Translations under genes and position numbers: made by a program
In this document: positions 7,399 through 13,363 of the stretch, one piece after another
How the letters are laid out: the number at the start of each line of letters is the position of its first letter
How positions within the stretch are numbered: the first letter of the stretch is position 1
Notes under the pieces: generated by a model
What the model was told of the DNA's origin: nothing
Database searches by the model: none
Seen by the model: the letters and a program-made list of their open reading frames with translations, nothing else
Source of the DNA: a virus
Taxonomy: Duplodnaviria > Heunggongvirae > Uroviricota > Caudoviricetes
Virus record (IMG/VR): IMGVR_UViG_2974603165_000001
Coordinates: 130,589 to 147,321 of that record
Length of the DNA: 16,733 nucleotides
Reading direction: 5' to 3' (one strand)

Positions 7399-7457
7399 GA
7401 TTTAGAACCTCTAACAGTGGTGGCATGATTGCCGCGTTTCTCTTAATCAGTGCGCCC

Positions 7458-7487
7458 ATTGTAAGGGCTGCACTTGTTAAGAGTCAA
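7458..7487 (-). promoter_or_regulatory. Sigma70-like promoter embedded in a 44 bp imperfect palindrome
   Basis: TTGACT-18-TACAAT; IR 7440-7483 is centred on the -10. Confidence 0.75.
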
Positions 7488-7500
7488 CAACTTTCGAAAA

Positions 7501-7719
7501 TTATTTTTGAATCACGATAGCTGGCGTTTTGTCGCCTTCTTTAAGGCCGGGTTTTAGTTCATCGCAGTTGCCTAACTGCTCACCCTTGCGGAGTTCATAC
7601 GATTGATCGTAAACCTCGCAAGCCTCCATTGTTTCGAATTGCTTACGGACTAACCAGGAACAATCCAATTTAATGGACGTAAAAGAAATGTGACACGCTA
7701 ACACTAAGTAACCGATCAT
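7501..7719 (-). CDS. Putative exported protein with 4 Cys, 72 aa
   Basis: GAGGA RBS; MIGYLVLAC N-terminus; Cys spacing similar to the 6951-7292 product. Confidence 0.75.
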   Translation of the reverse strand: MIGYLVLACHISFTSIKLDCSWLVRKQFETMEACEVYDQSYELRKGEQLGNCDELKPGLKEGDKTPAIVIQK

Positions 7720-7763
7720 GCTTTTATCCTCTGATATGGGGCGTTGGTTGCCCTGTGTGAGTC

Positions 7764-7791
7764 ATACTATCAGATCCGTTTGTGGTGTCAA
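7764..7791 (-). promoter_or_regulatory. Sigma70-like promoter
   Basis: TTGACA-16-TAGTAT, GATC in the spacer, short GGGC/GCCC leader hairpin. Confidence 0.7.
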
Positions 7792-7803
7792 TACCCATAA
7801 AAG

Positions 7804-7832
7804 AAAAAACCGGGTTTTTTAGTTCCCGGTTT
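7804..7832 (-). terminator. Intrinsic terminator (CCGGG/CCCGG hairpin family)
   Basis: AAACCGGG…CCCGGTTT followed by TTT on the minus strand. Confidence 0.7.
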
Positions 7833-7865
7833 CTAACGTCCTGTAATCAATTTTAAGCCCTTTTA

Positions 7866-8093
7866 CTACTCTAAGTAGGCTGATGCCGCCTGGTGATGCA
7901 AAACGCGCTTACGTTCTGTTAGGCGCTTTAAATTGGCGGGATCATAGTTGCCCCCGTTCCAATCATCAGTAAAGCGGATCGGTTTGTGGCGTTTGTTGTT
8001 GCGCTGGCGGCGCTCGTTAACTTCACCATGCTGTAAGCGGGTGCGGGTACGGTTTGCACTCATTTTCTGGGTTGTTGCGTTTGTGTATGTCAT
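7866..8093 (-). CDS. Basic hypothetical protein, 75 aa (start MTYTN)
   Basis: GAGG RBS before ATG 8093; Arg/Lys-rich. Confidence 0.7.
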   Translation of the reverse strand: MTYTNATTQKMSANRTRTRLQHGEVNERRQRNNKRHKPIRFTDDWNGGNYDPANLKRLTERKRVLHHQAASAYLE

Positions 8094-8121
8094 GGCGTTA
8101 GCCCTCATAGTTGGTTGTTTA

Positions 8122-8454
8122 TCAGTTGTTGTAAGTCTGTCCGCGCCAGTCTGCGATCTCATCGGCGCGGGTATTAATATAAGCCTGCACAAAATCGCGT
8201 GTCCCTTGGATATGAATATCCACTTTACCGCCCCGGCTCTTTACTTCCATTGCTAACCCGGTGCCCTCTAAATCATTTAAAGGCCCGGATCGGCGGGTGT
8301 GATACTTGTTCCCGCGATAGCTATACTCTATATAATGAAACATCGTCTTAATCCTGTACATATGCCAGGCGCTTTGCGTCAGGCGGTAAACCCTTGCGGG
8401 GATCTTGAAAGCGATCACACCGCAAGCAATAAAGATGATCCCCGTTGCCGTCAC
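8122..8454 (-). CDS. Hypothetical protein, up to 110 aa
   Basis: GTG start just after the upstream stop; the true start could instead be the internal MFHYIEY. Confidence 0.65.
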   Translation of the reverse strand: MTATGIIFIACGVIAFKIPARVYRLTQSAWHMYRIKTMFHYIEYSYRGNKYHTRRSGPLNDLEGTGLAMEVKSRGGKVDIHIQGTRDFVQAYINTRADEIADWRGQTYNN

Positions 8455-8456
8455 TA

Positions 8457-9029
8457 TTAGTAATCCTCTAACAGTTCGTTTAATTTCTCACGTTCATCAG
8501 CAGTAAAGAAGCTGTTAAACTCGTTGCCGATCTTCTGGCAAGCCAGATAAAGATCTAAACCTTTGCGGCTATCCTCATCATAATCTAAGTTAGCGCAAAA
8601 ATCAGCATGGGTCTCATTACCTAATGACGCATCAGAAATCAGGCTATACAGTACACCAGCAGCGCCCGGAGTGATAGCGAAAACTTTTGCCCAGCCGCCA
8701 GCGTTCAACTTATTAGACAGTTTACGATCATCGTTTGTCCAATCTTCCTGGCCCAGATTAACAGCCATCAGGCCCAGCTTTTTCATTTCGCGGACATCTT
8801 GAGGAGTCAAGCCATTTTTACGCACAATACGATGACCAGTGCCAGTGGTGTAATCAGTGGTGATCCGTGCGCCGTTGTTGCTACGGCTTAAAACGATGTG
8901 GAATTGGTCGCCCTTCCAGTCTTTATCTTTACGCATACCAACGCTTACAGCTTTAAAATTAACGTTGATTGATTTCAGGAATTCAGCTACAGCCAGATCG
9001 GTTTCGTTTACAGTGATTGCGTTGTTCAT
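8457..9029 (-). CDS. Hypothetical protein, 190 aa
   Basis: Long ORF behind a full cassette; AAAGG RBS. Confidence 0.85.
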   Translation of the reverse strand: MNNAITVNETDLAVAEFLKSINVNFKAVSVGMRKDKDWKGDQFHIVLSRSNNGARITTDYTTGTGHRIVRKNGLTPQDVREMKKLGLMAVNLGQEDWTNDDRKLSNKLNAGGWAKVFAITPGAAGVLYSLISDASLGNETHADFCANLDYDEDSRKGLDLYLACQKIGNEFNSFFTADEREKLNELLEDY

Positions 9030-9052
9030 TTTTGTGACCTTTTCAGTTTTAA

Positions 9053-9110
9053 CCGGGAACCATTTCCCGGCTGATGTGGTTATTATGGGTTAATGCGTTT
9101 ACTGCGTCAA
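9053..9110 (-). promoter_or_regulatory. Promoter + leader hairpin cassette
   Basis: TTGACG-17-CATAAT, then CCACATCAGCCGGGAAATGGTTCCCGG. Confidence 0.85.
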
Positions 9111-9118
9111 GCGATTTT

Positions 9119-9547
9119 TTAGCCTTTCAGGTAATTATTTTTTACCTGGTAAACGTGGCGATAACGTACATAACCGTTATTAATACCACGATAAACAGAT
9201 TTTGTTTCGTCTGTCATTGAAACGTAAGCCAGATCGTAACCGATTTTTTCCAGCCAGTAAAGCGCGGCGCTTTGGCCTTCATTGTGGGATTGTTCCCGGC
9301 GATAAGGCGAGGTTAAAACCTCAATAGATCCAACGTCAGAATATTTATTCTGGACAGTTGGCAGATCGTCACAATGCAGGCTTGCCCGGTATTTGTTGAT
9401 CGTGTTGCCGTTGACATCGCGGCCAAAATCGAAAGCCTCTACCACAACAAAAAATTCTTTGCCCAGTGTACGGCCTTTGGCCTTTGCGCTGGTTTCCAGT
9501 TGGCGGACTGCATCAGCCAGGTTGATAGATGTTTTAAACTTTGCCAT
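9119..9547 (-). CDS. Hypothetical protein, 142 aa
   Basis: Behind a cassette; AAAGG RBS. Confidence 0.85.
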   Translation of the reverse strand: MAKFKTSINLADAVRQLETSAKAKGRTLGKEFFVVVEAFDFGRDVNGNTINKYRASLHCDDLPTVQNKYSDVGSIEVLTSPYRREQSHNEGQSAALYWLEKIGYDLAYVSMTDETKSVYRGINNGYVRYRHVYQVKNNYLKG

Positions 9548-9568
9548 GATGTTAACCTTTAATGTTAT

Positions 9569-9624
9569 GCCGGGAACCGCCCCGGCTTGATAAATAATGT
9601 AATCGATCTAAAACTTGATTGCAA
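9569..9624 (-). promoter_or_regulatory. Promoter + leader hairpin cassette
   Basis: TTGCAA-17-TACATT, then ATCAAGCCGGGGCGGTTCCCGGC. Confidence 0.7.
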
Positions 9625-9632
9625 CAACTATT

Positions 9633-9971
9633 TTAAACGATTTCTAATTTTCTGATGCGCCATGAATGCACTGTGATTTTAGACAGCATAGTGTTAGCCT
9701 CTTCATAAGTCAACGGGCTGGCATTCATGATCACTTTTTCTTTTGTTTTCTTGTTGATCACAACAACGTTAAACATCAAAGCGATGTAATCAGGGTTTAA
9801 AGTGCGGCGCTCAATGATCCGGGCGCTAACGCCGTTATCCAGGTAATCTTTTTTCGTTGCCCGTGCATCCTTCCAGGACAATTCCGCGCAAGAATCTTCC
9901 CAGCCGCTGCAAGTCATTTCTTGCACGATGATTTCATTTACCCATTTGTTAACGCGTTTTGCCTTTACCAT
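9633..9971 (-). CDS. Hypothetical protein, 112 aa
   Basis: GAGG RBS; own promoter. Confidence 0.8.
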   Translation of the reverse strand: MVKAKRVNKWVNEIIVQEMTCSGWEDSCAELSWKDARATKKDYLDNGVSARIIERRTLNPDYIALMFNVVVINKKTKEKVIMNASPLTYEEANTMLSKITVHSWRIRKLEIV

Positions 9972-10006
9972 GATAAACCTCTAAATTGTTGTGTTTTGTT
10001 GTGGGG

Positions 10007-10036
10007 ATTATGCGCCAGTTGCCTGGCGCTTGTCAA
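10007..10036 (-). promoter_or_regulatory. Sigma70-like promoter with a palindrome filling the spacer
   Basis: TTGACA-18-CATAAT; GCGCCAG-GCAA-CTGGCGC at 10012-10029. Confidence 0.8.
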
Positions 10037-10282
10037 TCAATAAACGGTAATTTTTTCGCCTTTCACAATCACATAAGTGTGACCGGAATTAGAATAGATA
10101 TCAACATAAACGCGGCGCATACGTCCGGCAAGGTTGATCATTTTTGTTGTGGGGATCTTAGTGCCGTACCCGGTGCGGGTTTTCTGTAAGCCCCGGCGCT
10201 GCCAATCCAACGGGCGATAATGCAGCGCCACGAAATCAGACGCGTAATCAGGATGTGAGATCATTACCATTTCTTGAGACAT
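10037..10282 (-). CDS. Hypothetical protein, 81 aa
   Basis: AAGGGG RBS; own promoter. Confidence 0.8.
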   Translation of the reverse strand: MSQEMVMISHPDYASDFVALHYRPLDWQRRGLQKTRTGYGTKIPTTKMINLAGRMRRVYVDIYSNSGHTYVIVKGEKITVY

Positions 10283-10306
10283 TTTAAACCCCTTGTGTTT
10301 TGTTTC

Positions 10307-10358
10307 GCCAGTTGTTTGGCTTGATAAAGATTCTACCTAAGAGCCTGCACCGTTGCAA
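10307..10358 (-). promoter_or_regulatory. Promoter + short leader hairpin
   Basis: TTGCAA-17-TAGAAT, then ATCAA-GCCA-AACAAC-TGGC; -35 in the loop of hairpin 10337-10366. Confidence 0.75.
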
Positions 10359-10385
10359 GCCCTTAGAGAAAATAAATCTCAACTT

Positions 10386-10775
10386 TTACGCCGCCACAAG
10401 GTCACGCGACTTGCACCAGGTTACCGGAATTTTATTTCCCTGATGACCGATTACCATTGTTTGACGCTTGCGGCGTCCTGGAAAACGCTTTCCATTTGGG
10501 TGACGCACTGACAGCGGGGCGCGGTCAATTTTAAGCGCTGGCGCTGGCAGTGGTGCGGCTGGAACGGTTGAAACCTCAACTTTAAGCGCGTTGTTTTTCT
10601 GCCAGTCCGCATGGGCGTTGGCTGTTTCATTAAAAGCAGCCTGCACACAATCGGGAACCTCAATAGCCCAGCGTTTACCCGGTGCGGCATCTTTGCCGTT
10701 GTCAATAGTTTTAACGCCTGCTGCTTTTGCTGCTTCACGGGCCAGGGTACGATTAGCGAAGAATTGAATATTCAT
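10386..10775 (-). CDS. Hypothetical early protein, 129 aa (start MNIQFFANRTLAREAA)
   Basis: Start lies just downstream of the leader hairpin; Ala/Pro-rich linker and basic C-terminus. Confidence 0.8.
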   Translation of the reverse strand: MNIQFFANRTLAREAAKAAGVKTIDNGKDAAPGKRWAIEVPDCVQAAFNETANAHADWQKNNALKVEVSTVPAAPLPAPALKIDRAPLSVRHPNGKRFPGRRKRQTMVIGHQGNKIPVTWCKSRDLVAA

Positions 10776-10796
10776 AATAATCTCTCTCTGAGTTAA

Positions 10797-10856
10797 CCGG
10801 GGAACCATTCCCCGGCTGATGTGGCTATTATTGATCGAAAGGTTTTAGCGAGTCAA
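10797..10856 (-). promoter_or_regulatory. Promoter + leader hairpin cassette
   Basis: TTGACT-18-AATAAT, then CCACATCAGCCGGGGAATGGTTCCCCGG, which has a compensatory G-C pair relative to the other copies. Confidence 0.8.
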
Positions 10857-10868
10857 CAACTTTTAAAG

Positions 10869-11402
10869 TTATTTTGCAAGATTCTTTAAAGCGTCCATCT
10901 TTCCTACGATTTCAGCGGCGGCGGCTTTCGCTAATGTGATCGCCTCCTCTAAGATTCCGTGCTCTTCATAGATGCTCTGAGCGGATTCTAACACTGTTTC
11001 ATCATCATGATAGGAATGATCCCAGCCACACCCGATCACGACATCATCTAAGAGATCAACGCCGTCGATACTTGCGGAGACTGTCAAGCCGTAATCAGTC
11101 GCATCGAGATCACGATCAAAGGCGTTTAACGCATCTTGATAAGCCTGGGCGCTTGCCTCATTAGGGGACATACCGCCTTTAATCAGGTTTTCCAGGCGCT
11201 CGGCAAGGCTGTAATTTAACGGTATGCCGTATTTGTAAGAGTTGCGATCCGCGTTGCGGTTTTTGACAGTGACGCCGCCCTGATGCTTATCAGTCAATTC
11301 CCACTGATCGCCTAAGCCGTCGTTTGTCTCATAGTTAACCACTGAGAAAACAAAGTTAATGCCTTGTGCTTCTACGTTGAAAGTTTCGCTTACGTGTGAC
11401 AT
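10869..11402 (-). CDS. Acidic hypothetical protein, 177 aa (start MSHVSE)
   Basis: GAGG RBS before ATG 11402; the longer ORF runs through the promoter. Confidence 0.8.
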   Translation of the reverse strand: MSHVSETFNVEAQGINFVFSVVNYETNDGLGDQWELTDKHQGGVTVKNRNADRNSYKYGIPLNYSLAERLENLIKGGMSPNEASAQAYQDALNAFDRDLDATDYGLTVSASIDGVDLLDDVVIGCGWDHSYHDDETVLESAQSIYEEHGILEEAITLAKAAAAEIVGKMDALKNLAK

Positions 11403-11427
11403 ATAATTAAACCTCAGTTTTGATTGT

Positions 11428-11486
11428 GGTCGGCGGTGTGCCGTCCTGATGTGATACATAGTAGGGATTAAAGATCCTGGCGTCAA
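11428..11486 (-). promoter_or_regulatory. Promoter + leader hairpin cassette (first of the island)
   Basis: TTGACG-17-TACTAT, then CACATCA-GGACGGC-ACACC-GCCGACC; A/T-rich UP-like tract upstream. Confidence 0.8.
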
Positions 11487-11610
11487 TACCTGAAAGCAAA
11501 ATAATTTAAAAATCTTTTTGGTAAAAAATGATTGCATTCACCTGGTGACCTATGCTATTCACGCGCACACATTAAGTAAAGGAGGGATGAAAAAGAATTG
11601 TTGAAAGTGG

Positions 11611-11640
11611 TTGACGGTGCGGAGCAAACCAGGCTACAAT
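11611..11640 (+). promoter_or_regulatory. Divergent sigma70-like promoter with no downstream ORF
   Basis: TTGACG-18-TACAAT. Confidence 0.65.
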
Positions 11641-11762
11641 ATCCCTACAGTAACAAAACGCCTACCAACGGCGCTAAACTTGGCTGGCATACCCGGAGGG
11701 GATGCAAGGTGGATCGCCGGTAGTTCGCCTCAAATAAGTTTTGTAAAGATTGAAAATAGTTG

Positions 11763-11791
11763 TTGACCTGAAAAGCAGGATCGGCGATACT
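11763..11791 (+). promoter_or_regulatory. Second divergent sigma70-like promoter with no downstream ORF
   Basis: AGTTG-TTGACC-17-GATACT; same AGTTG pre-35 motif as the promoters at 7487, 9624 and 10856; GATC in the spacer. Confidence 0.6.
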
Positions 11792-11796
11792 TATCA

Positions 11797-11875
11797 CATG
11801 GCGCAGGGTAACGGATAGCGCGAGACAAACACCGAGCCTGCCCGTCATTCCGTAAATGAGAATGATTCTCATTCA
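11797..11875 (+). ncRNA. Candidate small RNA unit B
   Basis: Follows the promoter at 11763-11791; similar to 3861-3935 (minus). Confidence 0.4.
11855..11873. promoter_or_regulatory. Fur-box-like perfect 9-1-9 palindrome
   Basis: AATGAGAAT-G-ATTCTCATT; two mismatches to the 7-1-7 consensus TGATAATnATTATCA. Confidence 0.55.
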
Positions 11876-11929
11876 ACCTAAAAATTTAGGTGGACGTGTG
11901 AAAATTTTTGTGTCATAATTACATACCCC

Positions 11930-12141
11930 AAAAAATTTTTTTCGCAATAGATCCGAAAATTCCATTTTTGAAAACGGCAAACCCCTCAAGTCCCCGCCGC
12001 GAAAAAATTTTTTCGAGCGAGTTCTGGAAAATCCATTTTCGATTTTGAAAAACCTCTCAAGTACCTGCTGTACCGAGAAAAATTTTTTACTATAGAGTTT
12101 GAAAATCCATTTTGGAAAATGAAAATCCTTTCGAGTCCCTG
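11930..12141. repeat. Three degenerate ~72-76 bp tandem units
   Basis: Units start at 11930, 12002 and 12078. Each has A5-6T6-7 … GAAAAT(T)CCATTTT … CC.(C/T)TC(A/G)AGT.CC. Confidence 0.7.
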
Positions 12142-12407
12142 AATCCCTGGAGAGTTTTGAGATAAGTTACTGGCACATATGGACATAATAGCGACCAAGG
12201 TTGGTTGTTTTATACTGTATAATCATGGACTTATGAGGGGTCTTTTGAGATGTTGATTCCCAGCCATTTGAGATAGCAGCCCCAACGTTATGGGGGCGTG
12301 AGCCACTACACCAGGTAAAACCATTTTGAAAACCATTTCGATTTCCATTTTGAATCTGAGGCCCAAATATCCACAAAATATCTGGGGTCAAATATCTGAA
12401 ACCATTT

Positions 12408-13244
12408 TCATTTCAGTTTGGATTTCAAAAGGTTATGCCACGCCAAAATATCCCATACCTTGTCTGTTGACATGGTGTACACTGCAAGCTCTGCCCTGGT
12501 AGGGTTGGTGTAGTCATCGAAGATGCTCATCAAATCCTGGATTTTGTGAGTCGTCACATGGACTGTACCTTCGGCTGACTCCTTGATCAGGATTGTCCCG
12601 TTAGTGGATACAGAGATAGCGAATCCACCGACAAACATATCAAGATCTGAACCACCGTCGAAGATCAACCAACCATCTACACTCATTGTGAGATCGCTTG
12701 GTGATGTGGATAAGCCAGAATCTACCGTCATAAAAGGGTTGTAGTCTACACCTAACAATGTTCGCAGGTATCCGCGTGAGGTATCTGACCATCCAAACTG
12801 CAACAAGACATCATGCAGCCGCTGAGATGACGTGGTGAAAATGTCGTCACACTCAGACCTGGCTTGAAGCAGTATTTCCTTGATCTTATCAATGGATGGT
12901 GGTGATTGCCCATCAAACTCATCCAAGGCTTGGTCTATTGACCTGGTAACCGACAAGGCAGCATAAGTCATGTCTGCGACCATATTATCTTTCAGTTCAT
13001 TCTGGGCGGTGAAGTCTTTCAGTTCGTTTGGAACATCAGATAAGAGATCGCTTACAAGACTCTTAGCAGAATCAAGTCTGCTTTCAGTTGTAGAGTCATC
13101 TGTGTCTACCCTGTCCAATTCCCACATGATATCCTTCACTTTGTCCTTCATAAACCCTTCCATGTCAGGGAGGTCGTGAAGGGTCTCACGGTGCCTATAA
13201 TCCCAGTGTGGGCTTCTTACTCCGTGCAAGTCATAATTCTGCAT
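12408..13244 (-). CDS. Acidic hypothetical protein, 278 aa
   Basis: Long ORF, AGGAG RBS, Asp/Ser-rich; no family recognised. Confidence 0.8.
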   Translation of the reverse strand: MQNYDLHGVRSPHWDYRHRETLHDLPDMEGFMKDKVKDIMWELDRVDTDDSTTESRLDSAKSLVSDLLSDVPNELKDFTAQNELKDNMVADMTYAALSVTRSIDQALDEFDGQSPPSIDKIKEILLQARSECDDIFTTSSQRLHDVLLQFGWSDTSRGYLRTLLGVDYNPFMTVDSGLSTSPSDLTMSVDGWLIFDGGSDLDMFVGGFAISVSTNGTILIKESAEGTVHVTTHKIQDLMSIFDDYTNPTRAELAVYTMSTDKVWDILAWHNLLKSKLK

Positions 13245-13261
13245 AGTTCTATAAGCTCCTG

Positions 13262-13339
13262 TAAGCCATTCTAAGGCGTTTTAGTAAAAGGCAGTACGTT
13301 TGCCTACCTTACATGCAAAAAGCCCCTGAGAATCGCTTA
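13262..13339. repeat. Intergenic nested inverted repeat
   Basis: 15 bp arms at 13262-13276 and 13325-13339 (13/15 complementary) around the hairpin AGGCA/TGCCT at 13289-13305. Confidence 0.6.
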
Positions 13340-13363
13340 GGCGAGTCCTGAGAGGCTTTCATA

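Noticed and set aside
5028-8984. T5-style avoidance of 6 bp restriction sites in first-entering DNA
   Set aside because: GAATTC is present at 5028, 5550, 6675 and 8979, so at least EcoRI sites are not avoided.
6897-10824. 27-28 bp palindromic repeats as a CRISPR or mini-array
   Set aside because: Copies are 1.7-2.2 kb apart with whole genes between them, each sits at +1 of a promoter, and there are no cas genes.
4584-11537. Long N-terminal extensions in the ORF track (4706, 5693, 6770, 6954, 7355, 8192, 10808, 11537)
   Set aside because: They run through promoters, leader hairpins or other genes; downstream starts have proper RBSs.
11645-12391. Minus-strand ORFs 11645-11872, 11986-12198 and 12167-12391
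   Set aside because: No RBS; they translate repeats and A/T tracts and overlap plus-strand promoters.
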